A DNA stretch of 64,000 nucleotides, from the NCBI GenBank assembly GCA_965235115.1, contig OZ249441.1:32302001-32366000 (forward strand), written 5' to 3'. This document shows, piece after piece, positions 53,155 to 64,000 of this stretch. Origin of the DNA: Laetmonice hystrix (Eukaryota). The position numbers and the translations under genes were made by a program. Numbering within the stretch: the first letter of the stretch is position 1; every line of letters begins with the position of its first letter. Under the pieces are notes generated by a model, which had not been told where the DNA came from, did no database searches, and saw only the letters and a list, made by a program, of their open reading frames with translations.

Positions 53155-54927
53155 CTGAGGAAAACACACCACGACTTGCTGAACGAACAGTCACCGGTAC
53201 ACACAGACACACACCGGTCGGGGGTAGGTAGGGGTGTGAGGTGGAAGGGTGGGGCCGGGGAGGGGTGAAACAGCCCGTCACCGTGTGAGAACCACGCCTA
53301 TGTCACCACCACCGTCCGCTCTGTCTGCCAAGATTATATGTGTAGCGTTCTGCCCGTGAGGGATACGTTGTAAGTGGACTGTGAAGTCAAAGGACTATAA
53401 CTAACTACAGCGTCAAAACGTACCCACTTTGTGATGCTCACCTTGACTTATGTCCACCACATGGCACTGCTTCATGTGATGCAGACTTGCAGTGAAACAT
53501 CAACATTTCACTTAGGAACCACTTATGTAAGTCATCTGAATCCATTTCTCGTTCACCTGGCTCTATTGCCCAACACTTTCATTATACGGGTACCTTATGT
53601 TTAAAATGCCACAATCCAAACCTTTATTCCTTTCAAAATACATAAAGACGAGAATCTCAACGAATAAACCTTCCTGAAAAATAAAGAAAGAATGAATGAA
53701 TTGTACACAATGATCAGAAACTTCAAAATTAAGACTGTGACAATTACTGATGGCCAAAACGAAACCAAGGTTCCTACATACAGATACAGCATGGTCACAC
53801 ACACAGCAATTGGTTGGGTAATGTATCATCTGAGGTAAGACAAAGAGTAGATAACATATGAATGGTGCCATGTTATTGAACTTTGGCGTAATGATTGCAC
53901 CCTTCAGACTTGGTTCCTCTACACTTTCAAACGAGAAAGTGCTTGGATTCTTTTGGGGAAACGTGCCAATACATGAGGCAGTCTCAATTTGTCATCTTTC
54001 ATTCTATAGTTCAAGGATTTAAATGCGTCAACACAACCTCTTCATTAGAATACACAGCTCGTGTTTTAACTCAATATATCTACAACCCTTTGGTATCTAG
54101 AGCGCTGACAGAACAAGATGCTAAAACCTGGGATTGTGACAACGAGGCCACCATCTGCTCTATACCAACATTGTCCGCATACAGTATATAAACTGTCTTC
54201 TTCTCAATAAAACCTTACATCAGCTGTTGTACGCTGGGTTCTGGCGATACCTCTGAGGCCTCACTCTGGGAGGGAGCATCATTTGTATCCTCACATGGTC
54301 TTTACCCATTTCTACCAGGACCAGTAGATCGAGGAGAGTATAGTACCAGTCATTCCACCCACTGTCCACCCAACACCCAGTCCAATATAGTGATGGGCGC
54401 GTGGATTGTTCTCATGAGACGTGAAACTCGGGAAATGTTTCTAACGCTAGCCATTAACGCTCAGACCTGATACTTAGCTCAAGACCTCCCTACCAAAAAT
54501 ACGCAGGTCAAGGGTTAGGTTCAAAAATTGCCAAAACCATGCCACAATTCCCCCTCCTTCACCCGTGCCCCGGTTTTTCTACAAAAAATTCAGGTCACAA
54601 TGTTCCCCATACAATGTAATATAGGTATATGCCTATAGTTACTGTACATATGTGCAATATTTAGCTGCCAACTGCGACGTTTCCATGTCCACAAGCGTGA
54701 AGTTATTATCCTCCTGCTAATTACATATATTGGGACTTAACTATTTTTTAAATCATTTAATTAAAAAACGTCTTTCCCACTGTTCTGGGAATAAACCAGG
54801 AAGCTGACATAAATGTTTAAAAATGCTGGCAGGAACAGCGCGCACAGCTTGGTTGGTATGGGATTCTTTAGCAAAAAAACAAGACACTGGTGCGACTAAA
54901 CACCGATAACGAGCGACTTTTCCAAAA

Positions 54928-55085
54928 GCGACCGACACCCACCTTGGCATATACTGAAACCGACCATATAAACCTAACCCTAACCTTAACCCTAACCGAA
55001 ACGAGCACAGCATGTGGGCAGGTTGAGCTGTACTGCATTGCCATCTGGAGGTTGGTTTCGGTATATTATGCCTCGGTCGGTTTTG
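54928..55085 (-). mobile_element. Dispersed repeat, copy B, with an internal (TAACCC)n telomere-like motif
   Basis: Inverted relative of 39735-39900. It contains cctaaccctaaccttaaccctaacc. Confidence 0.8.
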
Positions 55086-58000
55086 GTCTGATGATAACAT
55101 ACCACATATCCAACTGGCTGTAAGCAGCCACGACCAATTAGTGCGTGACCACTGTCGGGGGGAACCCAGCTATAGGACAGTGTAATCAAGACGACACTCA
55201 CAGGGAAAACCTGAAGAACGAGGGTAATTCTAGCCGTTTGGAAAACCAGGGAAGAAATGGGACACTTGATTCGGAGAATTCTACAGAAACTTCTGGGCCT
55301 GGGTCTGTCATCATTTTATATTTAACAAGAAGATGTGAAAAGAAGAAAGCAGATCCATACCCCCACCTCCACCCCCACCCCACCCTCACCCTACCCCCAC
55401 CCCCTTTTGAAACATTTTTATGTGTAGGGAAGCCGGTTCCCTCACTAGCTCACTAGAGAGACACATACCGAGATCGACCATTTTTACTAATGACACATCT
55501 TCTTGACAAATTCACCTGGTTGCCATTCCTAACTCTGCCCTACATAGTGATCAGCTATTCCCCTTGGTCTACGTGAACATACTATCAGACCATGACCGTT
55601 TGGCACACGACGTGCGATTGTCAGCCTTCGTCAGAGGTTTACTGCTACCGGGCTCAAATAATTAATCGAGTCTGCAGGCAGGCCTGCACCGACGCTTTCT
55701 TCCTACCATGGTAGATGTGGGGAAGTTTTACTGTAAAATCCGATTTTATAAGAAAAACTAACACTGTACTCTATCTAATCATATCATTCACGTGCATTCA
55801 TCAAGTATTTATCAGTATAACATCTGTACTTTTTGACAGCATTTATGTGTTCAACTTCCAAGCGTTATATTCACAATCATATGATTTTTACAATCAAATT
55901 AATGTACGGAGAAACGGTGTAGCTTATCTGTCCAAAGATGGAAGCAACTGCTTGAACCTATTAAATCCAGAAATAACAAATAGCTGGTAACATTCCTACC
56001 TGTTATACTGGCTGGGAATATTCACACTGCAGTAGAAGGCCCCTCTGTCTCCCTCAGTCCCTGGTGGTTTGTAATGTCAGAACATATATAGCGCCATCCC
56101 ATTTCAAGCCAGTGGTTGTTAAAGTATACAATTTCTGGGTCCCATACACCCAGTAAATATTCACTGCCCCACAGGGCCGTGTCAACCCAGATCGGCTCAT
56201 CTCCTCTCGGAATTTCCCGGAATCGGGGAACTAACAAAAGCTGGGTCAATAGGTTTATACCCGTCCCGATACATTTTGTTAAACGACCGATGTCTCCGAG
56301 AAGTTGTCTTCGCGTCGCATTCATAAGTAAGAAAGCTGGCCGCGAGTTCCGAGAGAAGGGTCAGTGCCTACGTAAACGACTTATTGAACGGTGCTTTCCA
56401 TAGTTTCGATCACAAGAACAGAACAAGGTCTTTCAAGGTCTTTCAGGCATTACAAAGTATGGGCGAAATCCTCTATTATTAAATTCCCTTTTTCTACCGC
56501 AAAATCTTCGGTCAAGGTTAACGTTCTTATCCTAGCCGTAGGCTACATATAATAATACCATAATATTAACAGCACAATGAGAGACAATTCCTTGAGCCTC
56601 AAACATCCATTACCTTAGGGAAGGTACACACTGAGGATTTCCCCCAGGTAATTCCCAGGACAGTGGTAGTGAGCTTAAATTTAAAGGGGCGGGGGGGGGG
56701 GGGGGGTAGACATAGGGCGGAATGGCCAAGGAACCAGTGGGGTGCCGACGATTCAATCAGTAAAGAGCTGCACTACAATTTTAGTACAATATCTCCGATA
56801 TACGTGGAACAAAGAACTTTATCTACAATGTTTTATGCCAGGCTTGTACATTAACAATCAAAGAATCCATTATCCAAAAATGAATGAAAATGTCTAGCGA
56901 AAACAATTTTTGCAAGAGATTTTCGTCAGTTAGATTTAAATGTAGCTGTTCCTCCTGTGGTTTTACTCTCCTGTGCTAATGTGGCTGTAATTACGGCTCA
57001 CCTTCACCCTAGTAAGGTTCTGGCCTGGAAACCAACTACCCGCTCACGTGATTAGATAATTGGTCTAACAGGGAGACTCAGCAGGGCTTCACTAATTAGG
57101 TACCCAATGAATTCTGCCCCTTTTAATGCCATGACTATGAATAAGGAAGTGTGTCAACCGGCTATTTCAGGCTAACCACTGGTCACACCTACACGAACTT
57201 CCTGGCCTGTTGAGTGGTGAACAGACCTTCAATCAGGTACCTGTAGACGATGGCCAAGTTACCTTTAACATGTCCTAGAAGTGATAACCGCCCTTTATGG
57301 GAATTATTTCCCTAACGCCGTTTGTAACATTAAACAGGCAGAGGGACTGGGGATCACAACTCTACCCATACCAGTACTTATCTCTCATTATAAGACAGAA
57401 TATAAAAACAGTACATTTTTTACCGTCTCGGCCAGAGTGGTAAGCACTACACATTAAGGAAAGGAAAATACCCTTGCAGACTGTTGCGCTCCCTCTCCCT
57501 TGGTCAACCAGGTTTTCCGTCTTACTGGAATGTATTTCCAGGGTTTGGCCGACGTTGACGATGACACTGGGGCTGATGATGACAACATGATGCCACGGTC
57601 GTCCGTATTTTGGGGCGGCGGTCCGACACTAACTTTCATAACCTTTGCCACCACTTCCTGACTGTCGTTTCTACGCTGTCTTAACCGGGTTAAGCCATGT
57701 CGGAATCGTACACACAGGCAGGAATCTACAATCGTCCTGCCCTTCTTCCGTATCCTTCCCTTGCTCATACATATAGATGAGTTCTCTTCCTAACTGAGTA
57801 GAACCTCTTATCCTGTATAAAGCTCCCGTACACCCGAGCGCCTCTTCGAAACTTGTGCCTCCTTCAAGTTTTGCCAATGGAGAAGTCTCAGTTTAGTGCA
57901 GAATACACAGCGGCACCAACAGAGTGCACCCACCCTTGGCAGACCTTGGCAGACTTTTTCTATGCGTCTGACGGTCTTGGACTTAATTACCAGCCGATTG

Positions 58001-58229
58001 TCGTTCTGAGAATATATATTAAACCCCGTAAGAATTACTTCACTGGTAGAAAACTATCTTCAATGTAAACGACGATGTACTACGAAAATTGTCTGACCCT
58101 CACAGGGGAGTTCTCGCACCATTTATAAAATATGACTGTACGGAAGTGGGATACTTGATAACGATTGTTTATCCAAAGATTTTGGCGTGGTGACTTGGCC
58201 ATGTCGGTGCCTCTTACCTCGCTGACTTA

Positions 58230-59392
58230 CACGTACTGGGAAACGTTTAGTCCGATAATGTCTACATGTAGTCCTGAATATAAAATTGAATGTCTCATTT
58301 CAAAATATGATTGCAAAAATGGAAATTTCGATAGGAAAACCTAAATTTCTCGGACAAATCCAAGCGTATACTGCGGGGTATTTGAAAAAGCTAATTTACA
58401 ACAATTTCGTCGTCACCATAGGTCGTATAGGAAGGACGTCAATGACGAGCAGTGGAGGATGATCGTAGAGCTGATGCAATGAGGGATGAAGGTCCATGGC
58501 ATCGTGAGAGGCTTGGAGTTTCGACCTGCCGGGTTTGGCGACAGTTTCAGGAGACAGGTGACGTCTCGAGAAAGTCTCGGACTCGAGATGACCGCGTGAT
58601 TCGACGGACTCGATACGCATGTTCTCTCCTTCGAAGAAGAGAGTTCTCTTTTTTTTCTGTTTCTACAGAATACTAAAAAATTCTGTTGGTTTCTCCTTCT
58701 TCAAGAAGAGAATTTTCACCCAGCATGCCTAGTGGTGGGTTGAGATAGATAAGTCCCTAGATTATTAGCCAATCACACAGCGTTACGGTTAGGTTTAGGG
58801 TTAGTCTCAATTTGAAGAAGGAATTCTCCACCCATTACGGCCACCACTAGGCGCGTTGGGTGAACACTCTCTTCTTAAAGGAGAGACCAAGAGATTTCTC
58901 TCTTCTTGAAGAAGGAGAGAACATGCGATTCTGGACGAACTATCTCTATCACCACAACCAACCGCCAATGGAACAACCGGATTCAAGTCAAAACATCTGT
59001 AAAGACTGCCAGGCGTCTGCTGCATAGGAGCCTACTTGGGGGATATCTACAGTCGCATTGCCAGAAGATGTCTGGGGAGAACTGTTAAACCAAGTCAACA
59101 TTTACTGACCAACCAACAAAATCGAGTTAATATACTGCTTGTTTCGTGCGTGGAGAAATATCACCCAGCAGGTAGGCGTGTCAGGGCGGGTTTAAAGTCT
59201 TTATACAAAGTATAAATTTGAAGTTGTGTTGGTCTTCAAGGGGCATTCTGAGTTATTAAGGTAAGAATTAATGTCATTATTGTTAACTTCTTTGTCATGG
59301 ATCACAAATAAATATTATATCAACAGACCACACAAGTGTCTTTTGGAATGCTGAACTCTAAGTTATCGGACTAAACTTTTGTCCAGTATGTT
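58230..59392 (+). mobile_element. Decayed, internally deleted Tc1-family transposon
   Basis: Imperfect TIRs tactgggaaacgtttagtccgataa / ttatcggactaaacttttgtccagta, with a left TA. The frameshifted transposase N-terminus NDEQWRMIVELMQ*GM.. / RERLGVSTCRVWRQFQETGDVSRK.. / TSVKTARRLLHRSLL matches the Tc1 paired-like HTH pattern. No DDE domain is visible. Confidence 0.75.
58616..58927. mobile_element. Foldback MITE nested in the Tc1 remnant
   Basis: Termini cgcatgttctctccttc / gaaggagagaacatgcg, plus a second internal inverted pair (aagaagagaattttcacccagcatgcctagtggtgg / ccaccactaggcgcgttgggtgaacactctcttctt). A ggttaggtttagggttag motif is central. Confidence 0.8.
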
Positions 59393-59910
59393 TAGCTGAC
59401 CTTTCTATACGTTATCGATGACCTTATGGACCAATTATGCCTGTCGCAGCTCGTTAATCGAACCGTAGTATATAGACAACAGCCCCTAGGTCGGATGTCC
59501 AGCACTATGTATCAGGTCCTATGGGAGTTCGACCTTGAAGGGCCATTGACCTCCATCTTCGGCCAATCTAAGACTCTTCCTACTCGGAGCTCACCACACC
59601 ATCGGTCCAGACTCTCGTAGTGGGCGGTAAAAGTTTGCCCGGTCGCCTCAAAAATCACCTTATTATCACTCGCATACCTTTCTAATACACATTCCCCTAC
59701 TTTCTTTTGTGTTTAACCCAAAGAATAAATTAAAAAGATCTAAGTGACCAACAAAAATTATGGCCAACTAGTGGACACCTACTCGTTAATCAAGCCGTAG
59801 TGTAAGATAACAGCCCCTAGTGCCTGGGCCAAGCCTCATGGTTATCTTCATGTCAAACTGCAGTTCTTCTCTTACCAACAGTTTGCAGATCGCTGACTTT
59901 ACCAATCTGC

Positions 59911-60145
59911 CATAGCAGTGCTGCCGACTGCTAAGGCCGGCCGTGTCACGATACGTCTATCGTGACACTATGTTAAAGATCCCTTGGCATCCATCGATAA
60001 GAGTAGGGGTTCGCCCCGATGCCGGGTTTCCTACTATCATCTCATCATTATCACCCAATGGACTGAGTTAGTTACCTTGTTCTCGCCCTGAAATAGCTCA
60101 AATACTGCTGACTAGGCGTTAAACACCAACTACTCACTCACTCAC
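59911..60145 (+). mobile_element. 5'-truncated SINE (Deu/Nin-domain-like) with (ACTC)n tail and 12-bp TSD
   Basis: TTACCAATCTGC lies at 59899-59910 and 60146-60157. The 3' end is ggcgttaaacaccaac followed by (actc)n. The core gttaaagatcccttggcatcc...taagagtaggggt resembles the Deu/Nin domain as I recall it. The family label is less certain than the insertion itself. Confidence 0.75.
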
Positions 60146-61345
60146 TTACCAATCTGCGTGTTCCCTGCACACTGAGGGAAACCTCCGCCTATTAATCAAC
60201 AGAGCAATGCGCCTCATTATAAAGACTGGTCACAGCATGTCTTTTTTTTCAAAAAAAGGTATTTCAATGCCTTCATACGTAGCCTGGCTTACCACAATCG
60301 TATCCTGCAAGCACAAGCACCATATTTTAACACACCAGGCCTACATATTGACGCCAGAAGCTGGAGCCTGGCATATACTTATATATACCAGTAAATGACG
60401 TTTTTTGGCGTCTGATGGTGTAAATATAGAAGTGAGAGTGGTAATACCATGTCGCTAGGTTTGCCTGGTAGCTGTCTGTGTCTCACCGCCTGTCAAGTCT
60501 TCCTCGACTCTCAAGTAAACAGGCGGCTCGCAACAGGCTCTCGATACACATACAAGTACTCCTAGCTGCTGCTTCAGTGGCAAGCACTGAATCGTTAGGA
60601 TTGGTTAATAAACTAGTTCATGCCATCCGCAAAACGTCAGCTTCCAGCCCACATTACCACCAAACCAACAGATAATGGTACAGTTTGATCCTTATCTTTC
60701 CTACAGCCAAATACCGATATAGACGCCACCTAAAGATCTGTCTTATATTTCTCTCAGCGATCAACGCACCATTTTTATAAAATTTCAATTTCGACTGATG
60801 TATGCTGTTTTGTCAATAATTATTGCCTCCGGTATATGGCATAATAATCTTAGTTAAAATTAACAAGATCTGAGTCAGTAAATCTTTACACTTCCATCGA
60901 CGGGTATAATTTGTGGTAAGAGTCTTGGAACGGTTTATGCTTCCGTAATGCTGATTAATTACGCCTTACCAAATTAGTTCTGTTGTAAAGCAGAACATCT
61001 GATCCTTTACCGCAGCTTTGTATTTGACAGTTACTATTGTACATATGTTCATGAAGCAAAATGGGTAAATATGTGTCACCACTCTAATTAAATGAGCGTA
61101 AAGTGAGTGTATGTGTCCTTGTCGAGATGAGGGAAGGTAATGAGGAATATTATCACGTATCCTCACCTAATGTGGGTCACTGCGTGTATAAACACACAGA
61201 CACACACTCAGAATGACTGGCATATACATGCACACCACATCCTAGTATTTGGTCTTACAAAACTTTGAAAATTATATTATCAGATCAAAATCCTAATAGC
61301 GCATTGAATGTTTAGAGTAGTGATGAGCGGAGTTATGTACCATAC

Positions 61346-61381
61346 CTCCTCCAGGGTACGTCCAGGCTGGCAGCCGTCCAT
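61346..61381 (-). CDS. IRAG2: IRAG/LRMP-family gene, putative first coding exon in window (MDGCQPGRTLEE)
   Basis: ATG in strong Kozak context (GCCATGG) with an in-frame TGA upstream. 12 codons end at GAG|GTATGG, a phase-0 donor matching the phase-0 acceptor at 53154. It lies in a GC-rich patch and has no homology support by itself. The IRAG1 versus IRAG2 paralog cannot be assigned. Confidence 0.5.
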
Positions 61382-63070
61382 GGCCGTCCCGACAGGGGCA
61401 CAGAGCCCGGATCAACTCTTGGTAGGTCCTGCTGCTGCTAATCTTGAGGTCATCATCTGACCAGAACAAGTCCCTGGACAGCTCCGCCTACCACATATAC
61501 CGACATAGGCTGGCTACCGGTGGCGACCGTCGGTTCACAGTCGGCGGGCTTGTGTCATCACCGGACTACAAGCACCACGCCAGACGCCCGCCAACCTCAC
61601 TTAATGATGCGATTCTATACCACCTTCTGCGGGACAGGAAAATCTTCCTCAGCCTCAGATGTACCACTCACAGGAGCGGGTCTAGTCCACTAACTGGGGG
61701 GTCTCAGTCAAGATAAGATCTTCTAAACAGGTTTCATCCCCTCCATGCCACGTGCAGTGTTGTATAGAAAAGGGATGATTACATAAAAGAGAATACTGGC
61801 TGGATATTACCCCTCAAACCGCTAACCCACATCCTCCTTTATTTCAGAAATTCTTTGGCATATTTTTACCAAGTCACGCCTCATAACAGAGCAGGACATG
61901 ACTTAATATATTGTGAGAACATGGAACGGTTGGGAATATCTCCAAGATTTGCCAGTGTGATGAGAACCTCCAAAGTCTGGTTTCCTGGAAGTCCCTGGAA
62001 GATCCTAGCCAGCACCAGCGGGGCGGGGCGTATTAACTGGCGAGGACTGGGCCAACCCCTGACGCTTAAACCGTAAAACGTCAGTCTGCCCATCTGGTAT
62101 ACCTCAAACACAACTTGGACATGATTCCTGCTGTATGTACCCAGAAATCTCAACCCCATGCACTTTCAGTGATTGGTCCAATGCTCCGGACGAGCTGCTA
62201 CTATCACCAATCCACCCATGCACTCTCCGCCGCGACGGTTCCTTTGGTATACACTCACACATCATGACACATCATGCAACCACTTTTCAAAACCCGATCC
62301 GAAACTTAAAGGGGCTCTGTATAGACTTGCCCACATCATGAACCACCTAGTGTTGCCCGTCTCCAAGAGGCAGCAGCCCCCCCCCCCCCCCCCCGGAGTT
62401 TTAGTACGTTTCAACACAGTCAAGGTTTACTTCAAGGATGAAAAACGATGCATGTTCGTAGTCACTAGAGGGCGCCACCTAGACGTTTAGGACAAGTTCA
62501 CGGTTGCGGAAAGTCGATATGGTGCCTGTTTAAAACAAGCCCAATCTACTTCCTTATTATTTTATCGCTACGTGACACAAAATCCGACAAATTTGTGGTC
62601 ACGTTTCTGCTGATATTATACCCCGATCCAACATTTCCTTGAGATGGCACTCTACGGCATCGATGACATTTAATTAACTAAACTCTTCCACTACTCCCAA
62701 CACCAGGCCTCATTTAACATTCACCAAGACGAATCAATGAGAAGCAAAGTTCTTCCTCCTAGCCCTGATAACAGGGATCAACACATGGATGGAGGATGGA
62801 GAGTATTAAAGTATACGGGAGAATTGGCCGGTTATGTCTGACTGCTGTCTGTTGTGATGTCATCGTACCTCATCAAGACCCCGATGTGATCATTAGATGC
62901 CTGTTAAATAAATGTTGATGCCCATGTCTAGGTAACTCATATCCGCGCCCGCATGCTGATATGCTTCAGATGCAGACTTAGCTCCAGATTTAAAGGGTTA
63001 AAACAAGGTCTGCATTAGTATGATATCACAAGCTGAGACTACGTGATATTAAAGTGTGGTGTATTCTTTA

Positions 63071-63210
63071 AACTCACTCACCACACGGGCAGCTCCAGAA
63101 CTCACTCACCACACGGGCAGCTCCAGAACTCATTCACCACACGGGCAGCTCCAGAACTCACTCACCACACGGGCAGCTCCAGAACTCACTCACCACACGG
63201 GCAGCTCCAG
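63071..63210. repeat. Minisatellite, 28 bp unit (aactcactcaccacacgggcagctccag), 5 copies
   Basis: Direct inspection of the sequence. Confidence 0.93.
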
Positions 63211-63631
63211 ACCTCAGATCAGTGGGCCCACCCGTTGTAACCGCTGTACCGGGTGTCAATGTCGCCAAGCTCTACCTTTTATACAACGGTCTCTGCCAGT
63301 ATCTCGGACAGGCTGACAGTATCTCTAACAGGGTCGGCGGTCTCCTTCTCCTCGCCTCCACAATATTTTTTAAGAAGATCTCGGCTGTCAGGAGTGACGG
63401 TAGGAGGTTGAAGTAATGAGTCCAAGGCGCTCGGCCCGTCACCGCAGACTGTCTGTACTCAATGACTGCCATCAACCACACGTACGGGGGAGGCTGAGGT
63501 CAGGATGGGGCTGACGTCTGGTTCTATATCAATCGATGATCAGGTAATATTGAACCCAACCGTACTGATCGATTAGCAGAGCGTGGGACCAGACAGTCTC
63601 TCCACCTTCTGTCTGACTGCAGGCGGGCGGG

Positions 63632-63688
63632 GTGTGGTGTGGTGTGGTGTGGTGTGGTGTAGTGTGGTGTGGTGTGGTGGGGTGGGGT
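63632..63688. repeat. (GTGTG)n pentanucleotide microsatellite
   Basis: Direct inspection of the sequence. Confidence 0.9.
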
Positions 63689-64000
63689 GGAGTACCTCAA
63701 ATAGAGCGGAGAACCCGTGATTATGAGATGACCTCTTTGTTGTCACGGGTGTCCTGTACATACACCCACCGTATATTATGGCGGGCACGTTGTTTTTTTT
63801 AAATGCGACGAACCAAAGCTGGCATTTCCCCCTTCTGTATGTAGTGCTTCGTTCCCCTTGATGGACTTTAAAATTGAAAAGAAAGTAAATTTACAAGAAT
63901 AATATTTCATTGTCTGCTGATAAAGTTGTTCATGTTGAGGCCTTGCCTATTGACACAATGTTAACAACAAACCACTTAAGTGTGGCTTATGCGTGTAATG

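Noticed and set aside
57424-57450. tRNA A-box-like ggccagagtggtaag
   Set aside because: There is no B-box or cloverleaf downstream, so it is not a tRNA gene or a recognisable SINE head.
1160-62330. Scattered TTAA|AGG... or ...CCT|TTAA motifs suggesting Kolobok ends (about 1164, 10307, 35290, 62306)
   Set aside because: I could not pair left and right termini into a complete element.
63213-63530. Protein-like minus-strand frame (TVCGDGPSALDSLLQPP...RDTVSLSEILAETVV*)
   Set aside because: It is bounded and interrupted by stops, with no ATG and no convincing splice sites. I could not place it in the gene model as coding.

Overview
This is eukaryotic (metazoan) genomic DNA, most likely from a mollusc or other lophotrochozoan. 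That assignment is an inference from the SINE tail, the MITE load and the intron sizes. Nearly all of the window is intronic sequence of one large minus-strand gene of the IRAG/LRMP (MRVI1-domain) family. I can assemble five phase-compatible GT-AG exons: 61381-61346, 53154-52945, 44298-44063, a 31-nt microexon at 19507-19477, and 12491-12351. Together they give 218 codons ending in EKFASLALAFKTDKLTLERRIELHERARDIAEQNVKSEIDELKEAMK. A phase-matched alternative first coding exon sits at 32160-32114. I did not find the rest of the gene, which probably lies beyond base 1. The introns hold about 18 unrelated tandem arrays (roughly 10 kb in total) and several non-autonomous DNA transposons with recognisable terminal inverted repeats (TIRs) and target-site duplications (TSDs): IS3EU-like, hAT-like and Harbinger-like. 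They also hold a decayed Tc1 element with a nested foldback insertion and a 5'-truncated SINE with a 12-bp TSD. Most ORFs in the supplied track are artefacts of repeats or chance. I found no CRISPR array, no prokaryotic operon and no clearly new biological system. The most interesting leads are isoform and splicing architecture and TE anatomy.
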